A DNA stretch of 64,000 bases from Camelus ferus (GCF_009834535.1 NC_045697.1:24926001-24990000), one strand, 5' to 3'; counted from the stretch's first letter, positions 1-13,510 are shown. Translations and numbers: made by a program. Notes: a model not told the origin generated them from the sequence alone.

Positions 1-1050
1 CAAACAAAATGCTTCTGCACAGGAAAGGAGAGAATCAACAGAGGAAAAAGGCAACTCATGGACTGGGAGAAAGTATTTGCAAACCACATATCCAGTAATG
101 GGTTAATCTCCAAAATATAGAAGAAACTTCTACAACTCAACAGTTTAAAAACAATAATGACAAAACAAAGTGATAATCTGATTTAAAATTGGGCTATTGA
201 CTTCAATAAACATTTTTCTAAAGAAGACAAACAAATATCCAGCAAGTGTATGAAAAATACTCAACATCATTTCCATGATGATTCAATGTCCAATCATTAT
301 GGAAATGCAAATCAAAACCACAATGAGATGTCACCTCACACCTGACATAATGGCTGTTATCAAAAACAAAAACAAAAACAAGTTTTGGAGAGGAAGTGGA
401 AAAGTTGGACCACTTTCAAAACTGGTGGTGGGAATGCAAATAGTGCAACTGATGTGGAAAATTATGGAGGTTTCTCAAAAAATTAAAAACAAAACTATCA
501 TATGATCCAGTAATTCCATGCTTGGGTATATATTCAAAGTACCTGAAATCAGGATCCCTAAGAGATATTAATTAGCACTCCTATGTTCACTGCATTACAG
601 TCAAGATGTGGCAAGAACCAAATGTCCACCAACATATGAATGAATAAGAAAATGTCGCATATAAATACAATGGAGTATTATTCAACTTTTAAAAGCTGAG
701 GGAATTCTGAAATGTGCAACAACATAAATGAACCCAGAGGATATCATGGTAAGTAAAGTCAGTCAGGTATAGATAGACAAATACTGCATGATTCTGCTGA
801 GATGAAATATCTAAAATAGCCAAATTCATAGAACCAAAGAATGGAATAGTAGTTGCCAGGGGCTAGGGTGAGGGAGAAATGTGGAATTAGTAATCAAGGG
901 CCAAAAAGTTTCAGTTAAGCAAGATGAATAAACTCGAAATTGATGTACAGCGGTATAGTTCTAGCCAAAAATGATGTATTGCACATTTAAAACTTGAAGA
1001 GAGTAGATCTAATGTTGTGTCTTTGCCACAAAAAATAAAATAATAAAAAT
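1..1050 (+). mobile_element. Old L1 3' fragment (ORF2 C-terminus + 3' UTR, L1MA-like)
   Basis: ORF 275-505 contains [14 protein letters not shown], matching the L1 ORF2 C-terminal motif; ends GAGAGTAGATCTAATGTTGTGTCTTTGCCACAAAAAATAAAA, like L1MA 3' ends. Confidence 0.9.
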
Positions 1051-1867
1051 ATTCTAACCAGGTAGCTGAGGAGACAGCATTTTTTTTTTTAGAAATAGTT
1101 TCTGTATATGATTTATGAATTAAATTTTAATGGGAAATCAAAGCATATAAAGGAAGGTGACTGTTTTGCAAATAATGTTTTTAAAGCAAAGACATTTCTT
1201 GTATGTTCATTTTACAGTTTTTATAAAGACAAATTCCAACAAATTTAGAGTGTTAAATTTTATTTTTATAATATCATTACTTTGTCAAAACTGAGAAATG
1301 TGATCCAATTCAGCACCGTATGGATATATTTTAAACAACTTTACACAATTTTATACAACTTTAACTCACTGATCTGATAACCTCATGATAATTACTGATA
1401 AGAGAATAATTTGAAAAAAGAAACACTTAATCCTAAATTTTGCATTTAAATTCTTAAGGTACATAGACCATACTTCTACTTATACTTAAGTACCTCTAAC
1501 AAATGTAAAAGTATTTAATAACCTTTAAACCATTGTGCTTTAATATCTCCTCAAGAGTTTTAAATATATATATATTTTTGAATATATATTTTTAATACAT
1601 AATTTTTAATATATGCATGTTTGTGTATACGTATCCCCTCATGTATATTTAGGTTAACATCAGAAATAGTTGTCATAAATTCAATCAGTTGTAGATGTAA
1701 TTTCTGATGTAGTAGAAATACTAAATTTAACCATAAAATTACGACATAATTCATTTAAATATTTCAACAAAATCTAAATGCCACAGCAACTTGATATACT
1801 TAAACGAAGGTTAAAATTGAAAATTAAATTACTAAGAACCCATCATGAATGACTTTAGTGACCTTTC

Positions 1868-2015
1868 AAAGGGGGCTCAGAGAGCTCCCTTGTCTCTTCC
1901 ACCATGTGAGGATCTTAGAATTCTCAGCCTCTAAAACTGTGAGAAATAAATTTCTGTTGCTTCCAAGTTACTCAGCTTATGGTATTTTGTTAAAACTGCA
2001 CAAATAGACTTAGAA
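1868..2015 (+). mobile_element. MaLR LTR fragment (MLT1A/B-like), internally deleted
   Basis: CAGCCTCTAAAACTGTGAGAAATAAATTTCTGTTGCTT...GGTATTTTGTTA is the typical MLT1 3' half. Confidence 0.75.
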
Positions 2016-3666
2016 ATCCACTTGACATACAGTTAGAGCATAATACATTCATTCTGTATAGTACTGTTTATAATTTTAATTATAGGGTATTGATTAACTT
2101 ATTATCAATTATTTCTTTTATTAACTTAATAAATTTCCTTATAACCATATTTGCTTCATTTTAATTAGAGACAGGATATCTCACCTTAACTCATTCTTTA
2201 CTTATTGGTTCTGTCTTTTTTTTTTATTCTTCCAAATTTCCCACTCTTTAGTAAACACAATAATTAATTTCAGTCACTAGTATACTGTGTAATTTTGGCA
2301 CTCTGGCCTTATAAATAGAGCTATATTATTAATCAGTATGGCAAGGTAATCTTGGGATGAAATGGTCTATAAAGTCATTTATCATTACTTATATCTATAT
2401 TCCACATTCACCAAGGGAGAAGAGTACTTCTTGTAATATTTCCTAATGGTAACTGAACTACCCCTTGAGATGAGTACAGGTGAGGCAGAAACATGACATG
2501 AGAGATTAGACCAGGTGATACTGGAGTCGTTGGCTGAATTACTCTGGAGTTGTGTAGGAAAGGTGGGCCTGCTCATGACTGGAAAAGAATTAATGTTCTT
2601 CCATGAATACCTTTCTTAAATCAAAAAATGACATAAATACTAAAGGGACTGGAGTTCCAAAAATTATGAGTGGAAGGACCAAACTATGATGCCAGTCAAT
2701 ATTTATTACACACAGAACACACTTTAAGATTGATGTCTACAGCATTGCCCTCAAGGCTTACACTACCATTTTAAGTCACTGCCTCATGAACAGTGTAAGG
2801 CTATTTTATGGGTGGTATCAGCCATTCTTCATCCCTACTATAGATGTCCATTGTTGAGGAATAGGTCACCTCTCTAAAAATAAGCTTCTGGTGCTACCAA
2901 CTAGAACCAAAATTATATCATCCAGGTGACAAAAATTCTCAAATGATCAGTCCTTTATCATAGTAGATTTGAGAATCACATTATTAAAATCACATCATAT
3001 GACAAAACATGAATATGAAGGATGAATGTTATTACAGCATGTGCTCAAATTTGATTTTATTATTGTTAGGACAAGTGATTCATCCTTAGACCAACCACAG
3101 TTAAAACCACAATATAGTAGTACTACTCTAACTTTGCTTGGAAAATGAATTATGCTTTATACTTATTTAAGCATAAGATAAAATTATGAGTTGGTGATAA
3201 TATCCCAATTAAGGCAGTTACATACAATTTTTTTAAAAATTGTGAATGACAGCTCTGTATACTCTTAAGCCCATATATTAAAAAAAAACACTTTTCTTTT
3301 CAAGTGTAATAATCAGGAATATTTATTTGGCATTTTCAAAATAAAACATGATGTTTTAACTAATGACTCTGCCTAAAAATACTTAAAAATCACAGATTTT
3401 AAAACCTTATGTCCAACTATAAGTGAAATAAATATGTAATAACACAGAAAGCTCCTACAATACATAGAATGAAGAACTATTTCACCAGTATGGTTAGAAA
3501 TTTGGAAAGGATAAAAATTTCTACAGAAAAAAATGAAAGAAAATACAATTTTTGGATATTCCTTGGTTGTAGTTATAATCATTTATTACTATGTCAATGA
3601 GTATATTTTTCAGTGAAGATATAAGAATTATTGAAAAAGTCTTTCAATCAATAGTAGATCAATCTC

Positions 3667-4613
3667 AGAAGAGACAGCTCAGAAATAAACCTACACATCT
3701 ATAGTCAATTAGTCTTTGACAAAGAAGGCAAGAATATACAATGGAGAAGACAATCTCTTCAACAAGTGGTGTTGGGAAAGCTGGACAGCCACATGTAAAT
3801 CAATGAAATTAGAACATTCCCTCACACCATATACAAAAATAAACTTAAAATGGCATAAAAACTTAAACATAAGACAAGATATTATAAATCTCCTAGAAGA
3901 AAACATAGGTAAAATACTTTCTGATATAAATCATAGCAATGTTTTCCTACCACAGTCTACTAAGGTAATAGAAAGAAAAGCAAAAACAAACAAATGGGAC
4001 CTAATTAAATTTATACTCTTTTGCACAGTAAAGGAAACCATAAATAAAACAAAAAGACAACGTACAGAATGGGAGAAAATATTTGCAAACAATGCTACTG
4101 ACAAGGGCTTAATTTCCAGAATATACAAACAGCTCATACAACTCAATAACATAAAAAAAAAAACAAAAGTGGGGAGAAAAATTAAATAAATGTTTCTCCA
4201 ATAAAGACATACAAATGGCCAATAGGTACATGAAAAAATACTCAATGTTGCTATTACAGAAATGAAAATCAAAACTACAACGAGGTATCGCCTCACACCG
4301 GTCAGACTGGCCATCATTAAAAATTCCACAAATGTTACTTGCTGGAAGGGTGTGGAGAAGAGGGAACCCTCTTACAATATTGGTGGGAATGTATTTTTGT
4401 GCAGGATTCATGGAAAACAATATGGAGATTCCTTAAAAAAATAAAAATAGATTTCCCTATGGTCCAACAATTCCACTCCTGGGCATATATCCAGAGGAAA
4501 CTCTTAATTTGAAAAGATACATGCACCTAATGCTCATAGCAGCAACTATTTACAATAGCCAAGACATGGAAGTAACCTAACTGTCCATTAAGAGATAACT
4601 GGATAAAGAAGTT

Positions 4614-4657
<44 letters not shown>

Positions 4658-5120
4658 ACAATGAAATACTATTCAGCTATAAAAAAGAATAAAATCATGA
4701 CATTTGCAGCAACGTGAATGGACCTGGAAATCATCATACTAAGCGAGTGAAGTAGCCAAAAAGAGAAATAAAAATACCATATGACATCACTAATATAAGG
4801 AATCATAAAAAGAAGAACACAAATGAACTTATTTATAAAACAGAGACAGACTCAGAGACATAGAAAACAAATTTATGGTTACCAGGGAGGGAAAGGAGTA
4901 GGGAGGGATAAACTGAGAGTTGTTCAGGATTTGCAAATACTAACTACTATATATAAAACAGATAAACAAAAAATCCTACTGTATAGCACAGGGAACTATA
5001 TTCAATACCTTATAAAGGCCTATAATGGAAAAGAATATGAAAAGGAATATATAGGTGTCATTATACTGTACACCAGAAATTAATACATCATTGTAAATAA
5101 ACTATACTTCAGTTAAAAAA
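3667..5120 (+). mobile_element. 5'-truncated lineage-specific (camelid-type) L1 with TSD
   Basis: ORF 3716-4189 ([32 protein letters not shown]) is L1 ORF2; 3' UTR with short A tail; flanking direct repeats ATCAATAGTAGATCAATCTC (3647-3666) and ATCAATACTAGATCAATCTC (5126-5145). Confidence 0.95.
4616..4655 (+). repeat. (AC)20 microsatellite inside L1
   Basis: Perfect AC run. Confidence 0.98.
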
Positions 5121-5334
5121 TGCTTATCAATACTAGATCAATCTCTACCTGTATATCTAATTAGAAAATGTAATCTGCACAGGCCATTATAAAATATTGC
5201 TAGAATCATTATTGTTCAAAGAGAATAATCAACCATTAAGAATGACACTTTAAAAGGTGAGAGGCATTCTGATATATGTCACTGTAGAAGAAAAGGTTAA
5301 ATATTGACGAAATCATGAACTACATGAAAATTAG

Positions 5335-6875
5335 GATCAACACAATCTCTATCAAAATCCCATCTGGATATTTTGCAGTTGATTACAAGCCTAATGGAAA
5401 ATTCATATGCAAATGCAAGAGACTCAAAATAGCCAAAATGATCTTTAAAAAGAATGGAGATGGAAGGATTCCACTTTCTTATTTCAAAATTTACTACAAA
5501 GCTACAGTAGTCAAGAATTTGTGGTACTGGCATAAGGAAAGACATATAGATAAATGGAACAGAACTGAGAGTCTAGAAATAAGCACTTAACATATATGGT
5601 TAATTAACTTTCAAGTGTTTGGAAAATTCAATGGAGAAAATCTGGATTGTTCATCAAATGGTACTAGAACAACTGTATGTTCAGATGCAAAAAAAAAAAA
5701 GTTTGAGTCCCATCCTAAACCATATACAAAAGTTATTTCAATACAAATCATATACCTAAATGTAAAAGGAATGACTCTAACAATTGTAGAAGAAAATAGT
5801 CCATCTCCATGGCTTTGGAATAGGCAATGGTTTCTTAGATATAATACCAAAAGCACAAATGACAAAATAAAAATGTAAAGTGGACTTCCTCAAAGTTAAA
5901 AAGGTGTTTGAAAGGACACCATTAAGAAATTGAAAGGTGAAACACTGAATGAGATAATATATTTGCAAATCACATCTGATAAAGAACTTGTATACACAAC
6001 TCTTACAACTCAGTAATAAAAAGACAACTCCCAAAATAGGCAAATGATTTGAATAGATATTTATATATCTCCTATATGTATATTTTATATACATATATCT
6101 ACAATAGCACATGAAGAGATGTTCAACATCATTATTATTAAGGGATATGCAATTTAAAACCAAAATGATACGTTACTTCACACCTAATAGGAGAGCTATA
6201 ATAATTTAAAAAAAGATAATAACACATGTTTGAGAAGATGTAGAGAAATTGGAATCCTTATACATCGTTGATGGGAATGTAAAATGGTTCAATCACTATG
6301 GAAAACAACTTGGAAATTTCTCAAAATTCTAAACATAGAAGTACTATAAGACTCAGAAATTCCACTCTGAGTGGAAACACAAGAGAAATATTATTTACAC
6401 AAATTATTGTAAGTGGATGTTCATGGCAGCATTATTCCTAACAACCAAAAAGTGTAAACAATCTAAATGTCCATCAACTGATGAATGGATAAATGAAATG
6501 TGGTATAGCCATACAGTGAGATAGTATTTGGCAATAAAAATGAATAAGTTGATGATAAATGCTACAAAATACATGAACCTTGAAAATATTATTCTAAGTA
6601 AACTAACAGTCATATATTATGCAATTCTATTTATATGAAATATCCAAAACAGACAGATCTATAGACACAGAAAGGTTGTTTAAGGGCTATGCAGGTTAGA
6701 AGTGACTGTTAATAGGTATAGGATTTCTTATTGGGTTGATGAAAATGTTCTAAAATTGACTGTGGTAATAGTGCACAACTCAGTGAATATACTAAAACCT
6801 GTTCAATTGTTCAATTGTACACTTTAAATGGATAAATTATGGTATGTAAATTATATCTCAAAAGCTGTTTAAAAC
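5335..6875 (+). mobile_element. Older L1 (L1MB-like) ORF2 3' part + 3' UTR
   Basis: ORF 5315-5590 has FKIYYKATVVKNLWYWHKERHIDKWNRTES (L1 ORF2); ends TGTAAATTATATCTCAAAAGCTGTTTAAAA. Confidence 0.9.
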
Positions 6876-7159
6876 ATTAGAGGGCACTGCCATAAAATTA
6901 TATTGAAAGGGTCAATAAAATCTCATAACTCCAAATAAGAGATATGTTTTGCACTTCAGTGGCACTCTTGTCTACAACTCTTCTATGCTCTCTTATTTCT
7001 GGATTTAGGAATCTAATAAGAAATTCACACTAAAAATAATCTTACATGCTTGGAGAATAGTTGGTTCTATGTATTTGAATAAGACATGAATGCTCCTGGA
7101 ATATTCTCTTGTGTCTAACAATAATAATATGATGATACTAGCAACAACAAAACTGTAGT

Positions 7160-7742
7160 AGTGGTAACTAATAGTTACTAAATGTTTAATATGTTGAATA
7201 TTAATAACTGTCTAGTTAAGCACCATTCCAGGTGTTTTACAAGCATTAACTTCTTCAATCCTCACCAAAGCACTGTGAGGTCAGAACTATTATTCCCTTA
7301 ACAAACAAACAAACAAACAAACAAAGCATAAATACAAAACAGAAACAGACTCATAGACATAGAATACAAACTTGTAGTTGCCAAGGGGGCAGGGGGTGGG
7401 AAGGCATAGACTGGGATTTCAAAATGTAGAACAGATAAACAAGATTATACTGTATAGCACAGGGAAATATATAAAAGATCTTATGGTAGCTCACAGAGAA
7501 AAAAATGTGACAATGAATATATATATGTTCATGTATAACTGAAAAATTGTGCTCTACACTGGAATTTGACACAACATTGTAAAATGATTATAAATCAATA
7601 AAAAACGTTTAAAAAAAAAAGAACCATTATTCCCTCAATTTTACAGATAAGAACAAGGATGTTAACATTACACAATTAGCAGGGATAGGTTGGAATTCTG
7701 GCTGTTTGGCTTTAGAATTCATGCTCTTAATCATTATGCTTT
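7160..7742 (-). mobile_element. MIR SINE split by an L1 insertion
   Basis: Reverse MIR core (CAATCCTCACCAAAGCACTGTGAGG...TATTATTCCC | ATTTTACAGATAAG...GCTCTTAATCATTATGCT) interrupted at 7299-7619. Confidence 0.75.
7299..7619 (+). mobile_element. Young camelid-type L1 3' UTR fragment with poly(A) and 16-bp TSD
   Basis: TSD AGAACTATTATTCCCT (7283-7298) / AGAACCATTATTCCCT (7620-7635); AATAAA and A tail. Confidence 0.93.
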
Positions 7743-9412
7743 CAATATCAACATGATTAGTTGCAAAATGACAAAGAAGCCAGTTAAGGCATCACCCTCT
7801 AGCGAGGCTATAACTATTTTATCTAAAGCAAATAATAACTACATCGACATTATCAAAAAGATTTATCATAATAAGGTAAACTTGTAAAATGACATTAGTA
7901 CATTCTGATGATTGACACTGTAAAGATTACTTTGCATTATAAAGAAATAAGCTATAAAGCACATATAATATTTATATTTTATGGTGAATTATTTAATAAT
8001 TAGAAAAATAATTTGTTGAAGATTTGATTTATAGATTTACTGTTTTTTTCAAGTATGTATCTCACTAAAAGTGTAGGTAAACATTAGTTAATATCTATGG
8101 AACATAAAGGAGTGAACAAAAATGTGTGTGTTAAAAATAGTCCTTCAAATATCAGAAACTATTAAAGGATAATAAGTACTTATGGGCTCATATAAAATTT
8201 GAAGATGGAAGGGGAGTCCACCATCTGAATTATGTTGGTGGATGTTACACAAAAACTAATTGGAAAAAGAGCATACACTGTTTTTAAATGATAAATTAGG
8301 CAAATATTCTAAAAGATAAGAGTTAATATGCAGACATAATTATTCATATCATGGAAAATTAAACAACTTCTAATTATAACAGCCCTTACTAATTATTATC
8401 AAATACAAATGAGAAAAATATACATTTTAATGATGCTAATAAATCAGTTCTACATATAATCATGACAAGACTATATGCCAGATATCACTAAATAAACAAA
8501 AGTAAATATATACCTATATTATAGGAAAGTCAACATTTAAAAAAGATCTGCAACCTATATGTAAGACAACTATCTAAAGTTTCTATTTTATAACAAGGAT
8601 AGTTTTTTATATGAGGGGAATCAGCCCAAAGAGATTTGACCATGTCACAAAGTCCAGGTTTCAAAGGAGACAAAGTAAAGAAAAAAAACTGATACCTAGT
8701 AAATTTACCTAAACATTACAGACGATAAAAGTTGCAACTACAATAAGGCAAATTATAAGAAAAAAAAATTTACTTTTTATAAGCATTTGTGCACACGGTT
8801 TTAACTCAATAGCACTAATAACACTTTAATAACTGTTCACATATTATCTATGTCTTCTAGTGACTGAAAAGTCCATTTGGATTGCTATTTATATTATTCA
8901 AGTATATTGATTTTACTGATCAATTTATAATCAATAAATAAAGATTTAAGCAAAGTAGTTGTCAATAGTTTAATTAGATATATTTTTTTGAGCATTGAAT
9001 ACTAATAAAAGATTTCTAATATGTAAAAGTATCTTTGACATCAAAGGATTCAGAAATAGTATAATAGTATATATAGCTGGGGTATTAAGATTTGAAAATA
9101 TTATGAATTTTTAATGGATTATGGAGATATATAACAGTATATGTGAAATTGGGATCACTCAGGAAATATAATCAGATGCATTATATATTTCATTTAATTT
9201 TGATTAATTCTATAAGTTCTTTACTAATTTAAAGTAAAATATTTTTCATAATCATGTATATGTGTATATTTCAGGAAGATAGAATAAAGTTAATAACACA
9301 GTTTTTAGCTATAATGTAGCTGTCTCTTGGAAGCAGCTGGGCTTCTATTTTTTTCTATTATTATAATTTTCTATTATTATAAACACAAATTTCGTAACAT
9401 AAATATAGAGTT

Positions 9413-9520
9413 CTACTGAAAAGAATATGAAAATGAATATACGTAATTATATGCATGACTGGGACATTGTGCTGTAGACCAGAAATTGACGCATTATAAC
9501 TGACTGTACTTCAATTAAAA
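9413..9520 (+). mobile_element. Very short L1 3' end (older camelid-type subfamily)
   Basis: GAAAAGAATATGAAAATGAATATA...GAAATTGACGCATTATAACTGACTGTACTTCAATTAAAA, homologous to 29514-29620. Confidence 0.88.
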
Positions 9521-9532
9521 AAAATAGAGTTA

Positions 9533-9808
9533 GACACAGAATACAAACTTGTGGTTGCCAAGTGGGTGGGAGGTGGGAAGGGATAGACTAGGATTTCAAA
9601 ATTTGTAGATACTGACAGTCATGTGCAGAATAGATTAACAAGATTATACTGTATAGCACAGGGAAATATATACGAGATCTTGTGGTAGCTCACAGTGAAA
9701 AAAAATGTGACAATGAATATATGTACGTTCAGGTATAACTGAAAAATTGTGCTCTACACTGGAATTTGACACATTGTAAAATGACTAAAACTCAATTAAA
9801 AAAATGTT
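9533..9808 (+). mobile_element. Second L1 3' UTR fragment inserted into the tail/TSD of the previous one
   Basis: Homologous to 7350-7619; flanked by AAAAAAATAGAGTTA (9518-9532 and 9809-9823). Confidence 0.92.
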
Positions 9809-10953
9809 AAAAAAATAGAGTTATAGATACTTATGCATTATTGGCATTTGAGACAACACAAAGAGACAATTCAAGCTAATAGTCTTAAGACTGTAATAAT
9901 TGTATGGTTATTATTTTATAGTGTGAGATGTATATTCCATTGACTATTGATATTTAAAGGCTCAAATTAAACAACAGATAGAGTATAACATAATAATACA
10001 AAATTATAGTTTGTTGAAAAGGAACAAAGGTTGTGACCATCATTGTTGGCAGTGTGTGTTGAGTAATGATAGGTTATCTGACTTTTTAAACTGCAGTGAC
10101 AAAAATCTCTTATAAAGGAGTAAATAATATAATTTCCCAATGAACTTAATGCATAAGAATTTTTCTAACGATAGGCCCTGACAATACAAAGTATAAAATA
10201 TCATTTCTGAAGAGAAGTTAAAGTAGCTAATGAGGTTAACACATCATTTTGATGGGATTCTTAGAGACAGTTCAGGGGTAAAAAAAGTATTCTAAATAGA
10301 AAGAAAAACATAAGAAAGGCAATAGAATCTAAGCAAAATGAAATATTGTGAGATGACTTAAAATTCGGCCCTGGATTTACAATTTACATGAATATTGATC
10401 TGGAATCAAGTCTTTTAATTTTCATAGTTCATGTTTAACATGAAAATAAAAATTAGTTGGACTAGATTACTCTTAACCCTGACTTAACCTCCCCCACAAT
10501 GTTTCATGATTGTAAATATAATAGTCAAGCATAACAGTTATGAAGTGTGTCCAAAAGTTGTTATCATCTTAATCCTAAAACTTGCTTTTCCTACCGAATT
10601 ATGTGTGTGTTTGTGTGTTAGCACTACTAACATCCTTCAGTTCATGTTGGCTCAAGACTGACTCTCTTACAGTATTTCTATTGACTTGCATTGATTCTAC
10701 ATCTATATTAACTCTCTAATGAGGGTAGTTTACTTCATTTTCATTAATAACATGCATATAAGCCTTGTATATAAAAATTGTGTATGAAGACAGGGTTACT
10801 TGAAGCATACTGGATTTTCTGAAAAATAATCTTATTTGTAAAGTAGGAGATAAAGTTTGTGCTGAGAATAAGGAGGTGACAAGGTGAAATGTTTGAAGAA
10901 AAGGGAGGTGGTTTAAAGACACCTTTTGATGAAAGGGTTAGACATTTACCTAT

Positions 10954-11440
10954 TGCATTAGTTTATTAATAATGCTTTATCAAATTACCACAAACTTTGC
11001 AGTTCAAAAGAGCATAAATTTAATACCTTACAGTTCTGAAAGTCAGAAGTCCAAAACACATCACTTTAGGCTAAATATGTTGACTGAGCTGCATTCCTTC
11101 CGGAGGCTTCAAGGGAGAATAAATTTATTTGCCTTTTCCAGTGTCTGGAGACAACTCGCTTTTCTGGCTGTATTCTCCTTCTCACAATCACATCATTCAT
11201 GGGTGCTTCCATAATCACACCATCTTTTGACTTCTGCCTTCCTTCTTCCTTCATTTAGGGCCCTTGTGATTATACTGAGCCACCCCGGATAATCCTGGAT
11301 AGTTTTTCCATCTCAAAATCTTTAATTAAAGATCTGAATAGTCCCTTTAGTCATGTAAGTTAATATATTCCTAGGTTCTACAGATTAAGATATGGACATG
11401 TTTGAAGGTGGGGCAGTTGTTCATGATTCTACCTATCATA
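10954..11440 (-). mobile_element. MaLR LTR (MLT1C-like)
   Basis: AAATTACCACAAACTT...TTACAGTTCTGAAAGTCAGAAGTCCAAAA...GGATAATCCTGGATA...CATCTCAAAATC are MLT1 hallmarks in reverse orientation. Confidence 0.85.
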
Positions 11441-11880
11441 GTCCATCATCTGGTCTCCAAAAACCCATGTCCATGCACAAAATGCATTCACTCAATCTTA
11501 ATATTTCCAAAGTATCAGAGTATCAGTTCAAAATAACCAAATCTCATTGTCTACATTATCAAAATCATTTATGGGTGAGACTCGGTATGGTTCATCCTGG
11601 GGCAAATATCTTCCCCATGTGTAGACCTTACATGAAACAAGAAAACTAGTTATCTACTCCCAAAATACAATGGGTGGGACAATCATAGGATCCCTGTTGT
11701 AGATATTTTCTATTTAATAAAGGAGAGAGACAATGGAAGGGAAAGAATGGATCAATTCCAAAATGCAGCCAGCACAGCACCGGATTTCAAGATCTATGTG
11801 TTACCCTATTCATAACTCCACCATCTGGTCCTGAGGCTCTGCTCGCAAAATTATCTTTCCTTTTTCATGAAAAGGAATTC
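11441..11880 (-). mobile_element. MaLR internal sequence (MLT1-int) adjoining the LTR
   Basis: GGGTGAGACTCGGTATGGTTCATCCTGGGGCAAA and CCAAAATACAATGGGTGGGACAATCATAGG resemble the MLT1-int 3' end. Confidence 0.7.
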
Positions 11881-12251
11881 AGATATGGGCTTATTTTGGG
11901 AAAATATTATCTTGCTTATCAATCCTAGGAAAACCTAGAATTGTATGGATGATTTAATAAAGGGTTGGAATCCCTGAATACAATGCCTTATAAGGGCATC
12001 TTTATCTGTGTAATATTTTTCTAGCTGTATTTTGTAATGTGGTATATATCCAGTATAGTGGAGACTTGGAGTATAGGCCAAAATTTGGTAGGGAGATCTG
12101 ATACTGGAGTGAAAAAAAAAGACTAGGTATTATTGGTATTGTAGGTATTATGGGAGTGAAAAAAAGCTAGGTATTGCTGGTATAAAATAGTGGTAGCAAT
12201 AACACATTTGGAGTTAAATCTATTGAGTAGGATAAAATAAAATAAGGTAGG

Positions 12252-12627
12252 TACTATGGACTAAATTGCATCCTCCCTAAATTCATTTGTGGAAGGCCTA
12301 ACCAATGTGACAGTAGATGGAGACAGGATTTTTAAAAATAAATTAAAGGAGGCCTTGAAGATGAGGTCCTAATCTGATAGAACTGGTGGTTTTATTAGAA
12401 GAGGAAGAGAGAGATTTTTTTCTTCACGTTGACAAAGAGGCCCTGTGATCACACATCAAGATGGCAGATACCTAGAAACCCAAGGAAGAAGCTTCAGAAT
12501 GAAACGTATATTGCTTGTACCTTAATCTTGGACTTCCCAGCCTCCTGAATTGTGAGAAATGAGTTCCTGTTGTTTAAGCTACCTAGTCTACAGTATTTTG
12601 TGATACTATATCATACTAGATAACACA
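12252..12627 (+). mobile_element. Solo MaLR LTR (MLT1A-like) with 5-bp TSD
   Basis: TSD GTAGG at 12247-12251 and 12628-12632; TCTTGGACTTCCCAGCCTCCTGAATTGTGAGAAAT motif. Confidence 0.9.
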
Positions 12628-12949
12628 GTAGGGAACTAGAAGTTTGTGAGAAAGGCTAATGTTTAATTATATTCCTCTTGAATTTTAAGGGTAATATGCA
12701 ATAAAAGTAACTAAAGGAGAAATTAAAAATAAAAGAAAATTATCCAGAGAGTAGATTATAATTTTAATCTCATTGCTACTGCCCTCATTAAGTCCCTCTT
12801 TAACTTTCATCAGGACAACTCTAATAACTTCTTTTTTCAGTCTTCCTGCTTGTTGTCTAGACCCTTAAAATACAACCTCTTGACAGCTGACAACGTGCAC
12901 TTTCTAATAAGCAAACAAGCAAAGAAACGAACAAGCAAAGAAGCAAAGA

Positions 12950-13113
12950 CAGAAAGACATGAGGAAACATTTGGAGGCAATGGATATATTTCTTACCTTG
13001 GTTGTGGTGATGGTATTACAGATATATATATACATTCAAAGTTGTCATATTGTACTTAACAAATATGTACAGTTTTTTTGTGTATCAATTATATCTCAAT
13101 AAAGCTGTAAAAA
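12950..13113 (+). mobile_element. L1 3' end fragment (L1MC/MD-like)
   Basis: GAAACATTTGGAGGCAATGGATATATT...TTGGTTGTGGTGATGGT...ATTATATCTCAATAAAGCTG. Confidence 0.8.
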
Positions 13114-13505
13114 TTATGTAAGCAAAAGGTAGACTTAAACATGTCATTGCACTCAAGACCAAGTTTATTTTCATTCTGCAAATTAAAGTGAAATTAAAGA
13201 AAAATACATAAATATAAAAATAGTCAACTGTCGCACAAAGTTAGATAGTGTTTAAACAATGGACAGAGACATTGATAAATTTCTGTAAAATATAAAATAT
13301 GCTAGGGACAGGATTATCATGAATCTCAGCAATTACAAATTCTGAAACACCATTTAAGCCAAACAGAGGTCACCTAATCAGAGACTTTTCCTAATAACAC
13401 CTAGACAAACATCCCTCAGGTATAGGAAGTGGAGCTGGCCTAAAGGAAAGTGGAAGATAAGGAAAATTAATTAAAATACTGAAAACAGTTACAGAACTCT
13501 AATTT

Positions 13506-13510
<5 letters not shown>

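Noticed and set aside
2480..2960. Possible ERVL/MaLR internal fragment
   Set aside because: Composition is suggestive but I could not match a diagnostic motif
3716..4444. 157-aa and 60-aa ORFs as a protein-coding gene
   Set aside because: Frameshifted L1 ORF2 C-terminal fragments inside a 5'-truncated, TSD-flanked L1
12105..12184. Degenerate repeat of GGAGTGAAAAAAA..CTAGGTATT..TGGTAT
   Set aside because: Two diverged copies only; looks like an ordinary local duplication
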